DNA of 64,000 nt from Verrucomicrobiota bacterium. GTDB lineage: Bacteria; Verrucomicrobiota; Verrucomicrobiia; Verrucomicrobiales; Akkermansiaceae. Shown piece after piece: positions 1-9,354 of the stretch. A model generated the notes under the pieces. That model was given only the letters and a program-made list of their open reading frames with translations, did not search any database and was not told the DNA's origin. Both the position numbers and the translations under genes were made by a program. The stretch is taken from NCBI GenBank assembly GCA_004293285.1, contig RDYF01000026.1, positions 6,812 through 70,811 of the forward strand, given 5' to 3'. Each line of letters opens with the position of its first letter. Within the stretch, counting starts at the first letter, position 1.

Positions 1-2452
1 CTTGGCCGATGCGATTCGGACCACCGCCGAGGATGATGATTTTCTTCTTCTCCGAGCAACGCGCTTCATTTTCCTCGCCATAAGACGAGTAGAAATACGG
101 GGTGTATGCTTCGAACTCCGCCGCGCAGGTGTCGACCAATCGATACGTCGGAATGATGCCCGCAGCCTTTCGTTCCGCGCGCACTTGATCTTCCGTCGTC
201 CCCTGCGCCTTGGCGATTTGGCGATCCGAGAAACCGAGTTTCTTCCAGCGTCGGAGGACAGGCGTCCCGCCTGTCTGGGCCGACGGGCTTCCAGCCTGTC
301 GCGTGTGGTTGACCAATGAATGAGGCGCATGCAATCCAAAGGAATTTTCCGGCATGTCCTTGGTATTGCCCGAGATGTAACGGCGGAAGTCCATCAAATC
401 CTCGGAATGGCGAATGATCGTGTCATACGATTCTTCCATCCAAACTTGTCCTTCCGCGTTGATTGCTTTGTTGAGTTCCTTGGCTGTGAAAGATTTCCAC
501 GAATGCAAAATATCGGCGAGCGTGTGATTTCCGATAGGCTTGACAATCACATGAACGTGATTCGGCATGACCACATAGCTATCAAGAATGTAGCGATCGC
601 CATGGAAGAACTTCAGTGCATTCTCCACGATCGACCGCGAGGCAGGATCGCGCAAAATGCAGCTACCATGTCCGGCATCGAGCCACTTCTCCATCGTATC
701 GCGGAAGCGAAGGATAAACTGGCGCTGCGTCTGGAAACTCCAGGGTTGAGGGTGATTTTTGTGGAATAGATCCAGTTCCTTTTGCCAATCTTGGAGGACC
801 GTTGCGGGAAGGGAGTCGGCGAGGCGAAAGGTCACAAAATAACAGCATCCGTCTTGCTGCCAGTGCGGGAGATGACGGAAAGTTTTTTCGATCGGAAGAT
901 TCTCCGCTAACGGCAAAAATGTTTCCGCAGGGAACATTTGTGTGCGATCAGGAGACTGAAGGCCTTCTGGATTTTGACAGGCGGGACGCCCGTCTGCCGA
1001 GACAGGCAGGATGCCTGTCCTCCCCAATTCCAAGCCTTCCTTGGCGATTTCTTCCAAATGGCGCAAGAACCAGGGATCGATGGCGGTGAGGTCAAAAATT
1101 TCCTCCACCGAGTAACCGGCGACAAAGGCCGTTTGCAGCCAGAAAATGCGTTCGGCATTCGGCACGCGCAGATTGCGCTCAATCTCCTCGCGACTCGGAG
1201 AGACGGGTGCCTTGCTATCGAAGCCAAAGCCCCAGCGTCCGGTTTCCAGCGAACGAAGGCATTTTTGCATCGACTCCTTGAACGTGCGACCGATGGCCAT
1301 GGCCTCGCCGACCGACTTCATCGAGGTCGTCAGCACGGGATTGGCGGCGGTGAATTTTTCAAAAGTGAAACGCGGGATCTTCGTGACCACGTAGTCGATG
1401 GTCGGTTCAAACGACGCCGGTGTCTCGCGGGTGATGTCATTGCGAATTTCATCCAGCGTATAACCCACGGCCAGTTTGGCGGCGATTTTGGCAATGGGGA
1501 AGCCCGTTGCCTTCGAAGCGAGAGCTGACGAACGCGAGACGCGGGGGTTCATTTCAATAACGATCATGCGTCCGGTTTTCGGATCGGTGGCGAACTGGAT
1601 GTTCGAGCCGCCCGTTTCCACGCCAATTTCGCGAATGACAGCGAACGAGGCATCGCGCATGATTTGGTATTCGCGATCGCTCAGCGTTTGGATCGGTGCC
1701 ACGGTGATCGAGTCGCCCGTGTGCACGCCCATGGGATCGAGGTTTTCGATCGAGCAAATCACCACGCAGTTGTCGGCGCGGTCGCGCATGACTTCCATTT
1801 CAAACTCCTTCCAACCAAGCAGCGATTCCTCCACCAGCACCTCGCTGACGGGGGAAAGATCGAGCCCGCGGGTGATGATTTCTTCAAACTCCTCGCGATT
1901 GTAGGCAATGCCGCCGCCTTGACCGCCGAGCGTGAAAGCGGGGCGAATGATCAGCGGGTAGCGTCCGATTTTTTCGGCAATGGCACGCGCCTCTTCCATC
2001 GTGTGCGCGGTGCCCGATTGCGGCACATCGAGGCCGATTTTCAGCATCGCATCCTTAAAGCGCTGGCGGTCCTCGCCTTTATCAATGGCATCGGCATTCG
2101 CTCCGATCATACGCACGCCGTGCTTTTCCAGAGTGCCGGATTTGAAAAGCGACATGGAGGTATTCAGTGCCGTCTGACCGCCGAGAGTGGGCAATAGGGC
2201 ATCGGGTTTCTCGCGGATGATGATTTTTTCCACGACCTCCGGTGTGATGGGCTCGATGTAAGTGCGGAACGCGAATTCCGGGTCGGTCATGATGGTAGCC
2301 GGATTGGAATTCACCAGCACCACTTGATAACCTTCCTCGCGCAGAGCTTTGCAGGCCTGAACACCCGAATAGTCAAACTCACAACCTTGACCAATAACGA
2401 TGGGGCCGGAGCCGATGACGAGAATTTTCTGAATCGAGGTGTCTTTGGGCAT
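1..2452 (-). CDS. carB: Carbamoyl-phosphate synthase large subunit. Only the N-terminal part is in the window; the 3' end lies beyond the window start. It carries a ~250-codon in-frame foreign insert.
   Basis: ATG at 2452-2450. I checked every triplet of this minus frame down to position 2 and found no stop (817 codons). It is missing from the ORF track only because it runs off the window. [37 protein letters not shown]..., ...[65 protein letters not shown]... and ...[25 protein letters not shown]...[15 protein letters not shown] are collinear with E. coli CarB. Confidence 0.9.
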   Translation of the reverse strand, partial: MPKDTSIQKILVIGSGPIVIGQGCEFDYSGVQACKALREEGYQVVLVNSNPATIMTDPEFAFRTYIEPITPEVVEKIIIREKPDALLPTLGGQTALNTSMSLFKSGTLEKHGVRMIGANADAIDKGEDRQRFKDAMLKIGLDVPQSGTAHTMEEARAIAEKIGRYPLIIRPAFTLGGQGGGIAYNREEFEEIITRGLDLSPVSEVLVEESLLGWKEFEMEVMRDRADNCVVICSIENLDPMGVHTGDSITVAPIQTLSDREYQIMRDASFAVIREIGVETGGSNIQFATDPKTGRMIVIEMNPRVSRSSALASKATGFPIAKIAAKLAVGYTLDEIRNDITRETPASFEPTIDYVVTKIPRFTFEKFTAANPVLTTSMKSVGEAMAIGRTFKESMQKCLRSLETGRWGFGFDSKAPVSPSREEIERNLRVPNAERIFWLQTAFVAGYSVEEIFDLTAIDPWFLRHLEEIAKEGLELGRTGILPVSADGRPACQNPEGLQSPDRTQMFPAETFLPLAENLPIEKTFRHLPHWQQDGCCYFVTFRLADSLPATVLQDWQKELDLFHKNHPQPWSFQTQRQFILRFRDTMEKWLDAGHGSCILRDPASRSIVENALKFFHGDRYILDSYVVMPNHVHVIVKPIGNHTLADILHSWKSFTAKELNKAINAEGQVWMEESYDTIIRHSEDLMDFRRYISGNTKDMPENSFGLHAPHSLVNHTRQAGSPSAQTGGTPVLRRWKKLGFSDRQIAKAQGTTEDQVRAERKAAGIIPTYRLVDTCAAEFEAYTPYFYSSYGEENEARCSEKKKIIILGGGPNRIGQ
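257..300. repeat. REP-like hairpin doublet (3' side of the RAYT in gene orientation)
   Basis: 257-275 is GACAGGCG-TCC-CGCCTGTC, a perfect 8-bp stem. After a 6-nt spacer, 282-300 is GACGGGCT-TCC-AGCCTGTC, with one stem mismatch. Confidence 0.85.
976..1019. repeat. REP-like hairpin doublet (5' side of the RAYT in gene orientation), inverted relative to 257-300
   Basis: 976-994 is GACAGGCG-GGA-CGCCCGTC, with one mismatch. After a 6-nt spacer, 1001-1019 is GACAGGCA-GGA-TGCCTGTC, a perfect stem. The loops are GGA here versus TCC at the other end, so the two doublets are in reverse-complement arrangement. Confidence 0.85.
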
Positions 2453-2565
2453 AAGCGTAGTGGCGGGTGTAAACTCGCAGGGATTTGGCAGTTCAACGGC
2501 AATTTGTAAAGGATTGGATGCGGAAAAAATGATTTTTCTGCGTCCGTAAGGCGGCAGCACAGGAA

Positions 2566-5037
2566 TTACTCGGCATCGATGCGGAAAGGCATGGAGACAT
2601 CGGGGAAATCCTTGAGCGTGAAGTTGATCATGAATCCGTATTCACTGCGGATCCGGTTGTCGCGACGCATCAAGCCGGCGCTGACAATCCAGTTTTCAAA
2701 ATTGCGGTGCATGGTGTATTGCTCCATCTCCAAGGTGTCGTCGGCAAATTCCCATTGCTGCAATAGACCAAAGCCCCAGTTTTCGTTGATGCGCCAATAG
2801 GCTCGGAAATTGATCCGATTGGAGTCGAGCAGGAACGGGTGGTTGTCGAGCATGCGCTGCTGCACCGCAAACTCAAAATTCGGGGTCGGCATGAAGCGTA
2901 AGCCGGTGGTGAACTCGTTGTAGCCCGAACCAGAACCGAAAATCGGGAACTGCAGCTGCCAATCGACCGCCATCCACGGCAAGGGCTGAAAGGTGATGTC
3001 TTGGTAGAGGTTGGAAAATTCGCGATTGAGCTCGGGGTCGTCGATGTAGCTATCGAGATAGGTATCAGTGAAAAGCCACTGATGCGTGCCGCCGTCACGC
3101 TGCGTCAGGAGTCGATTGCGGAAGCCGAGTCGCACAAGGTTCCAGTTGTTCAGGTCATCGATGGCGGTGAAGCGACCGACGCGGATGGGCACGGGGCGGG
3201 TGAAAAAGGTCAGTCGATCAATCTGCGGCGTGCTGGGATCGAGCGAGCTCACCGAGAGATAGGACCAGTGTGCATAGGGCTGGAGGGTGTGCCGCACGCC
3301 ATTGACACCGAGGCTGCTGATGCGGAAATCGGGGTAGTCTTTTTGCAGCTTAAACGAAGCCTCGAGCCCCAGCGACATCATGCCGCGATCGGTATCACCC
3401 GCTACGCCCGAGGCATCGAAATAACGATTGTAGCCCGCTCCCGCGTGAGGAGCGAGATGCAGCCAGTCGGAGATCGTCCACTGTGTGGCAAAGTCTTGGT
3501 ACGTGTGAAAGCGCGAGTATTCCGGGTTGGTGAGCTGACGATAGAGCGTCTCATACTGCGGGTCGCCGGGAGGCAGGGCGCGCAATTGCCCAATCAGAAA
3601 TTGCTCATAGCGCCCCACTTGCGGCAGCATGCGCTGATAGGTGGGATCGGACTCAGGCAAGGTCAGTAAAGGATCCAACAGCGTGTCACGGGTGGGATCG
3701 GCCATGTTTTCCTGGGCCACGGTGAAACTCGTTTGTCCCTCGTGCTGCAGGGCACCGCCGAAGATGGGGCGACGGATGTGATCGAAGGAAATCTCGGGCG
3801 AGCGAGAATCCGCGCGATAGAAGTCATTCACCCGCAGACGCGCTAGTCCGGTGAACAGGGTGGTTTCATCCCGACGCGTAAAAAAGATGGTGTTATCGGG
3901 CTGTGAGTTGTCGCGGTAAAAGCGCGGATCGAAGTCCTCGAGGAAATTGTTGTCGCTCAGGATATGCAGATCGTAGTTGAGAGCATATTCAGCATCTTTG
4001 TTCCAAGGGTCTCGAAATTCCAAGGGAATCCGATACTGGAACTCTGCGCGATAACGATTCGGATCAATCGGGCCGCGGGGAATGCCCGAGCGAGTGATGG
4101 TGGGATCGAGGTCATCGGCGTAGTAGAATTTCATCCAGCCGAGATTGGGATTGTCCGCGAGTCGGGTATCGAAAAGATCCACGCCCGTAGCGAGACCGCG
4201 TCGACTCCGTGCATCGAGGTGCCAGCGCGAGAGCAGCCACGGTTTTTTGCCACCGAGAAAGGCGTTGTCAGCATCGCCCAGCATGATGCCGTAATTTTGC
4301 AGCAGGTAAAAGCCGAGGTTCGTTCGACCACCGGGAAGGAACCGATAGCCGAGCTGGCCATTGAGCGGCTGGCTGAGATAGGGCAGCCAAAAAATCGGGG
4401 TATCGCCAATGAAGAGCTTCAGGTCATCAAACACCACCTTTTCCCCGGGGTAGAGAGTAGTGCGATTCGCTCGCAGCCAATAGTGCGGCAGCTCGACGTC
4501 ATTGGTCGTGATCCCCGCATTTTCGCCAACGAGAATGCGCTCGCCATTTTCATCCATCACGGCATCGAACGAGCCCGCTTCGAGGATGATCGGGTCATAG
4601 CTCACACTGAGACGCGAGGTTTCGAGCTTTTGCGTTTTCAGATCATAAGTCACGCGCTCACCACGTTGGATCATGGGCCCGTTGAAAATGCTGACATGGC
4701 CCTGCAGCAGATACGTTTGGCGATCGAGATCGAGAATCGCTTCATCAGCAAAAACCTCCTCGCCGCGATTCGTCTTCAGCTCAATCGGACCCGAGATGCG
4801 GAAGCGGCGATTGCTGGCATCGAGCGGCTCGATTTTCCCTTGGAGCGAAAGATTGACCCCAGTGGGCAGCTCCGAAGAAACCTGGTGAGGATCGACATGG
4901 GCCGCAGGAGCGGGCGCGGTGAGCTCCGGAATTTCCACCGCAGCGGGTGGCGCGAGATCAGAAGACTCAGGTTCCTGAGCAAAAGCACCCACCAAAAAAG
5001 GCAAAAACCAAAAGCACCAAGAACCCCTCATGAACAA
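2566..5037 (-). CDS. lptD: LPS-assembly outer-membrane protein LptD/OstA-like (823 aa)
   Basis: Signal peptide [22 protein letters not shown]. The OstA-like N-terminal jellyroll pattern is [59 protein letters not shown]. This is followed by ~650 aa rich in aromatic/Gly/Asp beta-barrel-type sequence. The size fits LptD. Confidence 0.55.
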   Translation of the reverse strand: MFMRGSWCFWFLPFLVGAFAQEPESSDLAPPAAVEIPELTAPAPAAHVDPHQVSSELPTGVNLSLQGKIEPLDASNRRFRISGPIELKTNRGEEVFADEAILDLDRQTYLLQGHVSIFNGPMIQRGERVTYDLKTQKLETSRLSVSYDPIILEAGSFDAVMDENGERILVGENAGITTNDVELPHYWLRANRTTLYPGEKVVFDDLKLFIGDTPIFWLPYLSQPLNGQLGYRFLPGGRTNLGFYLLQNYGIMLGDADNAFLGGKKPWLLSRWHLDARSRRGLATGVDLFDTRLADNPNLGWMKFYYADDLDPTITRSGIPRGPIDPNRYRAEFQYRIPLEFRDPWNKDAEYALNYDLHILSDNNFLEDFDPRFYRDNSQPDNTIFFTRRDETTLFTGLARLRVNDFYRADSRSPEISFDHIRRPIFGGALQHEGQTSFTVAQENMADPTRDTLLDPLLTLPESDPTYQRMLPQVGRYEQFLIGQLRALPPGDPQYETLYRQLTNPEYSRFHTYQDFATQWTISDWLHLAPHAGAGYNRYFDASGVAGDTDRGMMSLGLEASFKLQKDYPDFRISSLGVNGVRHTLQPYAHWSYLSVSSLDPSTPQIDRLTFFTRPVPIRVGRFTAIDDLNNWNLVRLGFRNRLLTQRDGGTHQWLFTDTYLDSYIDDPELNREFSNLYQDITFQPLPWMAVDWQLQFPIFGSGSGYNEFTTGLRFMPTPNFEFAVQQRMLDNHPFLLDSNRINFRAYWRINENWGFGLLQQWEFADDTLEMEQYTMHRNFENWIVSAGLMRRDNRIRSEYGFMINFTLKDFPDVSMPFRIDAE

Positions 5038-5170
5038 ACCCAGAATGCGTGAAGCCCCTCAAATGTAAAGACGGAAATGGACTAGCCAAAGAAGACAAAC
5101 AGAGAATTTCGCCTCATGAAGCTTCGGATGAATTTCTTCAATCAGTCTCACGAAAACAGCATGTCCCCCT

Positions 5171-5351
5171 CATCCAACATCCAACATCCAACATCCAACA
5201 TCCAACATCCAACATCCAACATCCAACATCCAACATCCAACATCCAACATCCAACATCCAACATCCAAATCCAACATCCAACATCCAACATCCAAAATCC
5301 AAAATCCAAAATCCAAAATCCAAAATCCAAAATTCAAAATTCAAAATTCAA
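5171..5351. repeat. Compound heptanucleotide tandem repeat: (CATCCAA)14, one 6-nt unit, (CATCCAA)3, (AATCCAA)5, (AATTCAA)3
   Basis: Units were counted base by base: 5171-5268, 5269-5274, 5275-5295, 5296-5330 and 5331-5351. On the minus strand, which is the sense strand of both flanking genes, the units read TTGGATG / TTGGATT / TTGAATT. Confidence 0.98.
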
Positions 5352-6049
5352 AACCCCCCATTCCCCATTCCTGAATCGAAGGAAGGGTCGAGCTCTAGGA
5401 CTCCGTCTTCGATTTTGATGCGAGCCATTTCTTCAATGCCCAGACGGATTTCCTCGGGAAATGCTTCGGCCAGGGCGATGTAGCTGGGACGCACGAAAAG
5501 CATGAATCCCTGCGGCAGGAGCAGTCGACCAAAGCGTCCGCCTTGTCGCACGAAGGGCAGAACGGGCATGGGGCCGCCATCGATATCGACATGCGTGACG
5601 AGGGCGCCGTCGCTGCTTTCGGTTTGTTCCAGCTTAAGAAAGATCGAGCTGGTCAAGGTCAGTCCCGCGGCGCGACGCACCATGATCAGTTCAGCGCGTT
5701 CCTTTTCCAACCGCACCAGCACTTTTTCGAGCGTGACCAGACCCGCCAGCCAGCCCTTTTGCTCGGCGACCAGAGTTCGGGCAAAGTAGCCATTGATTTC
5801 CGCTTCCGTGAGACGCAGCGGATAGGAGCCCGAGATCGACTGAGAAAACACCGCCTTCAGATCACGCACTGGCGCAGCGGAAGAACTCGGATCTTGGACG
5901 ACAACCAAATCCGACAAATCTTGCGCACGAAACACCTGCACCAAACCCCACGATAAGGTCGAAATGATCAAAAACACCAAAAACAACCCAGCGCGGGGAA
6001 TGTCGCGCGGGCGTTTTCTGGATGCCGGCATGTCGCGCAACCTCGTCAT
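5348..6049 (-). CDS. Hypothetical membrane-anchored protein (233 aa)
   Basis: ORF with a basic N-terminus and one TM helix (GLFLVFLIISTLSWGLVQVF). I recognise no family. Its stop codon lies in the last unit of the heptamer repeat. Confidence 0.5.
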   Translation of the reverse strand: MTRLRDMPASRKRPRDIPRAGLFLVFLIISTLSWGLVQVFRAQDLSDLVVVQDPSSSAAPVRDLKAVFSQSISGSYPLRLTEAEINGYFARTLVAEQKGWLAGLVTLEKVLVRLEKERAELIMVRRAAGLTLTSSIFLKLEQTESSDGALVTHVDIDGGPMPVLPFVRQGGRFGRLLLPQGFMLFVRPSYIALAEAFPEEIRLGIEEMARIKIEDGVLELDPSFDSGMGNGGF

Positions 6050-6261
6050 GCCGACAAGCTAGTCAGCGGCTTTCTGAGGGTCAATCAAGAATCGAAGGTC
6101 TGACATCTCCCCTACTGGCCGATTGGTCGCCCTCACCGGAGAAGCAAACACGCCCGCGTTCTCTGCCGATCGAAATGACAAACGTCGCGCCGAACTCTCG
6201 TTTCTGCAAAAAACTCTGTGAAAGACTTGACCATCTCCCGCGCAATCGCTTGCCTTTGTGC

Positions 6262-6609
6262 GTGCTAGTTCAAGTCCTGAAATCAAAACTCCATCGCGCC
6301 ATGATCTCCGCTGCCGATGTGGAATACGAAGGCAGCATCGAGATCCCCACGGACCTGATGGAATCCGTCGGCTTGTGGGAAGGCGAGAAAGTGCTGGTCG
6401 CCTCGATCAGCACCGGCAACCGACTCGAAACGTATGTGCAGCCAGGACCTCCGGGCACCGGAAACATCATCATCAACGGCGGAGCGGCTCATCGCATCAA
6501 AAAAGGCGAGCGCGTGGCCATCATGTCCTTCGCCTTGTCCGAAACCCCGATCGTGGCGCGCAAAGTCGTGCTCAACGATGAAAATCAAATCATCCGCCCC
6601 GGGCGCTGA
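6262..6609 (+). CDS. panD: Aspartate 1-decarboxylase
   Basis: (V)LVQVLKSKLHRAMISAADVEYEGSIEIPTDLMESVGLWEGEKVLVASISTGNRLETYV...IIINGGAAHRIKKGERVAIMSFA parallels E. coli PanD, including the self-cleavage Gly-Ser (YEGS). I chose the GTG start at 6262; the TTG at 6256 is an alternative. The upstream part of the 6022 ORF overlaps the divergent gene. Confidence 0.85.
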   Translation: MLVQVLKSKLHRAMISAADVEYEGSIEIPTDLMESVGLWEGEKVLVASISTGNRLETYVQPGPPGTGNIIINGGAAHRIKKGERVAIMSFALSETPIVARKVVLNDENQIIRPGR

Positions 6610-6633
6610 TGGTTTTCATGGCCCGATCCGACA

Positions 6634-7581
6634 TCAGATCCGTGCTCCCATTAGCACTTTCATCACGTCGTCCATCGTGATCCAACCACTGAGTTCTCCC
6701 CCTGCTTGGTCGACCAGCGCGGCGATCTCGTGATGATCGAGAAACATCGCCAACAATTGTGTGAGCGACATGCGTTCATCAATCGATAGAGCGGGTCGTA
6801 TCAGCGCTTCCCATTCCGCTTCGGCATCGACTAGCTGCGCTGCGAACAACTCGCGAATGCGCACATATCCGATAATGTTCGCAAAACCACCATCGGCGCT
6901 CACAGGATAACTTCGATGCAGCTTCGGACCGAGACGGTCGATGTTTTCGCGAAGAGATTTCCCGACTTGGAAGACCTTAACTGCTTCCTTCGGCACCATA
7001 GCCGTGTGGATGCGTCTAGCCGATAGCGTCGCAGCATGCAGAATGATGATTTCTTCCCGATTGTGAATCAACTGCTCCGCCCGGGCCGATTCGACCAGCG
7101 TCAAAATGTCGAGGATCGGATTAGACCGATCGCCTGCCGTTGGTTCCTTTTGTTTGAACCAAAAGCAAAAGCGTTCCATCACCCAGACCAGCGGATGAGT
7201 GACTTTGAGCAAAACCTGCAACACCGGAAGAAGGTGCGGTGCGAGTCGGTCGGCATGCTGCACCCCTAACATTTTCGGCGCCAATTCGCCGCCAAAAATC
7301 ACCGCAATCGTGATCAACCCAGTAAACAGCCATAGCCATTGCGTGCCATAAAGAGAGCCAAAAATCGACGCCGCCAGTGCCGCCAGTCCGGTGTTTGCAA
7401 TCGTATTGCAAATCAGAATGGCCGATACGGGGCGTTCGATTCCCTGCTTCATCGCCAGCCACTGCTTGGCTTTTTTCTCCCCGCGTGAACTTTGTACTTT
7501 CAGCGAAAGCGGGTTCAAACTCAAGAGCACAGCTTCCGCCAAAGAGCTGATGAAAGAAATCAGCAAGATGAAACCGCACAA
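6634..7581 (-). CDS. CNNM/DUF21 transmembrane domain plus CBS-pair protein (HlyC/CorC/TlyC-like transporter)
   Basis: N-terminal TM region (ILLISFISSLAEAVLLSL..., ICNTIANTGLAALAASIFG, ELAPKMLG), then a CBS-pair-like region (REEIIILHAATLSARRIHTAMVPKEAV...IGYVRIRELF). TTG start. Confidence 0.7.
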   Translation of the reverse strand: MCGFILLISFISSLAEAVLLSLNPLSLKVQSSRGEKKAKQWLAMKQGIERPVSAILICNTIANTGLAALAASIFGSLYGTQWLWLFTGLITIAVIFGGELAPKMLGVQHADRLAPHLLPVLQVLLKVTHPLVWVMERFCFWFKQKEPTAGDRSNPILDILTLVESARAEQLIHNREEIIILHAATLSARRIHTAMVPKEAVKVFQVGKSLRENIDRLGPKLHRSYPVSADGGFANIIGYVRIRELFAAQLVDAEAEWEALIRPALSIDERMSLTQLLAMFLDHHEIAALVDQAGGELSGWITMDDVMKVLMGARI

Positions 7582-7605
7582 AAAAAGAGTAAGACATGCA
7601 TACCA

Positions 7606-8373
7606 TCAGAGATTCTCTTGGTGAGATTGATACTGGCGGTATTCCTTCAGAATCGTTTTCACAGCAACCGCCGACGCCATCGCCCGATGATTCAAAGGCG
7701 CCAAACGCGGAGTCTCAAAAACGATTTCCAAAGCCCGCGGGCGCTGCTCGGGAGGTGCCGATAAGACGCCATGATAGCCATCTTGAATCATCCCATCGCG
7801 CGCAGCAAAGCCGTCGATCACGGGATCCGTATTGATTGGCAAGTACGTGGATGCCGCCAGCAAAGCGGGCCGCAAGATGTTTTCGCTGAGCATGCTGCCG
7901 CTGACGAAACCATACAAACCATGCGAGGTATCATCTTCATGCAGCGACAGAATGATGTCGTATTTCTCCTGCCGGAGCTCGGTCTCGATGTATTGCACTT
8001 CGGGCAAATTCGAACCGCACCAGAACTCGCGATTGATGTCAAAGCCGCGCTGATTGGTTCTCGTGCCCTCTTTCAGCCCGCTCGGATTGCATGCGGGATA
8101 GAGATGGAGCTCATAGCCGAACAACTCCGCAGGCAACGTAGTCGCCCAGCGATGAAGAATGTGAGCCGCCCGAACACCCGCTGGTTCATCACCATGAATG
8201 CCGGCAAAAACTCCGACCTTCCATCGCACATCGGTCGCAGGGTTGGTCTGCGCCACCCATTTTTTCACGACCAACCCGTTCGCAGAAAAGCCCTCATGCG
8301 AGATCTCATGCTGGGGTCGATTCCAACGCCATCGAGAAACCACATCCGAAGAATGGGAGGAGTGTTCGTTCAT
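7606..8373 (-). CDS. M14-type zinc carboxypeptidase / succinylglutamate desuccinylase-aspartoacylase family protein
   Basis: Motifs [43 protein letters not shown] and ILSLHED. It overlaps the cysK stop by 4 nt. Confidence 0.65.
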   Translation of the reverse strand: MNEHSSHSSDVVSRWRWNRPQHEISHEGFSANGLVVKKWVAQTNPATDVRWKVGVFAGIHGDEPAGVRAAHILHRWATTLPAELFGYELHLYPACNPSGLKEGTRTNQRGFDINREFWCGSNLPEVQYIETELRQEKYDIILSLHEDDTSHGLYGFVSGSMLSENILRPALLAASTYLPINTDPVIDGFAARDGMIQDGYHGVLSAPPEQRPRALEIVFETPRLAPLNHRAMASAVAVKTILKEYRQYQSHQENL

Positions 8374-9332
8374 ACACTTTGTTGCTTTCTTACTTCATCG
8401 GCCAATGCTGTGCTCAGGTAGCGTTCGCCGGTACTGCATCCCACGGTCACAATCAGTTTGCCGCGGTTTTCTTCTCGACCAGCCACTTGCAAGGCCGCCC
8501 AAACATTGGCACCTGTCGAGATCCCGACCAACAAGCCTTCGTGCGTTGCCAGTTTTTGTGCGGTAGCAATGGCGTCTTCGTTCGAGACCTGAATCACTTC
8601 ATCGAGCAAGCGAAGGTCCAGATTTTGGGGAACAAAACCAGCCCCCGTGCCCTGGATTTTGTGCGGGCCCGGTATCACTTCTTGCCCAGCAAGAGTCTGT
8701 GTAATCACCGGTGAGGCCGAAGGTTCGACCGCAATCGCTTGGAATCCCGGCTTGCGCGGTTTGAGAACCGAAGTCACTCCCGTGATGGTGCCGCCGGTTC
8801 CCACAGCTGAGACAAAGATGTCGATCGCCCCCTCGGTATCCCGCCAGATCTCTTCAGCTGTGGTACGTCGATGCACCTCTGGATTGGCAGGATTGTTGAA
8901 TTGCTGAGGAATCCATGAGTGGGGAATGTTTTGCGCCAACTCCTCCGCTTTTGCAATCGCACCTTTCATTCCTAAAGGTCCAGGAGTCAACACCAGCTCC
9001 GCGCCTAAGAGCCCGAGCAGCGTTCGACGCTCCAAGCTCATGGTCTCTGGCATCACGAGAATCAAACGATAGCCTCGTGCTGCAGCCACGAATGCCAAAG
9101 CAATTCCCGTGTTGCCCGAAGTAGGTTCAATGATCGTGGACTCGGGCGTGAGAATGCCCCGCTGCTCGGCATCGTAAATCATCGCTTGACCAATGCGGTC
9201 TTTCACACTGCCCAATGGGTTCTTGAATTCCCCCTTCAGAGCAATGGTCGCTGGCAAGTTTTGGGTCAAACGATTGAGTCGGATCAAAGGGGTCGAGCCA
9301 ATGACTTCGATGATGTTTTGATAAATCGGCAT
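8370..9332 (-). CDS. cysK: Cysteine synthase A (O-acetylserine sulfhydrylase)
   Basis: [22 protein letters not shown]...[30 protein letters not shown]...[37 protein letters not shown]. The start is moved to the internal ATG at 9332 because the 37-aa ORF extension overlaps the upstream gene. Confidence 0.9.
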   Translation of the reverse strand: MPIYQNIIEVIGSTPLIRLNRLTQNLPATIALKGEFKNPLGSVKDRIGQAMIYDAEQRGILTPESTIIEPTSGNTGIALAFVAAARGYRLILVMPETMSLERRTLLGLLGAELVLTPGPLGMKGAIAKAEELAQNIPHSWIPQQFNNPANPEVHRRTTAEEIWRDTEGAIDIFVSAVGTGGTITGVTSVLKPRKPGFQAIAVEPSASPVITQTLAGQEVIPGPHKIQGTGAGFVPQNLDLRLLDEVIQVSNEDAIATAQKLATHEGLLVGISTGANVWAALQVAGREENRGKLIVTVGCSTGERYLSTALADEVRKQQSV

Positions 9333-9354
9333 ATCCGTAGAAAGTGAATTTTTG

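Larger units (their letters stand above)
257..1019 (-). mobile_element. REPtron: a REP-associated tyrosine transposase (RAYT, IS200/IS605-like Y1 HUH transposase) flanked by REP hairpin doublets, embedded in-frame in carB
   Basis: The insert translation has [31 protein letters not shown], the HUH motif [12 protein letters not shown] and the Tyr region [23 protein letters not shown]. It has an internal ATG at 937-935. It lies between CarB ...[11 protein letters not shown] and [16 protein letters not shown], which are nearly adjacent in E. coli CarB. Inverted hairpin doublets sit at both ends. Confidence 0.8.

Noticed and set aside
257-1019. The carB insert might be an intein
   Set aside because: There is no Cys/Ser/Thr at the N-junction, no His-Asn plus Cys/Ser/Thr at the C-junction and no Hint or homing-endonuclease motifs. 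The sequence is a Y1/HUH transposase flanked by REP hairpins.
2-1528. Plus-strand ORFs 2-319, 320-769, 802-1089 and 938-1528
   Set aside because: They are antisense to the continuous carB/RAYT frame, Arg/Ala-rich and without motifs. They are typical shadow ORFs of GC-rich coding DNA.
3964-5052. 362-aa plus-strand ORF
   Set aside because: It lies entirely antisense to the lptD-like gene. Its composition is low-complexity and Arg/Ile/Glu-rich, with no recognisable domain.
5171-5351. A CRISPR array
   Set aside because: The units are 7 nt with no spacers, so this is a microsatellite and not a repeat-spacer structure.
5049-5483. ORFs encoding (HPTSNIQ)n repeat proteins on the plus strand
   Set aside because: These are translation artefacts of the heptanucleotide array. 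They have no signal peptide, no coding context and run opposite to the neighbouring genes.
8370-9332. cysK next to the TpsA gene as a CdiA-toxin activating partner
   Set aside because: CysK-dependent activation is known only for a specific E. coli CdiA-CT. This TpsA lacks any such toxin domain, so the proximity is probably coincidental.
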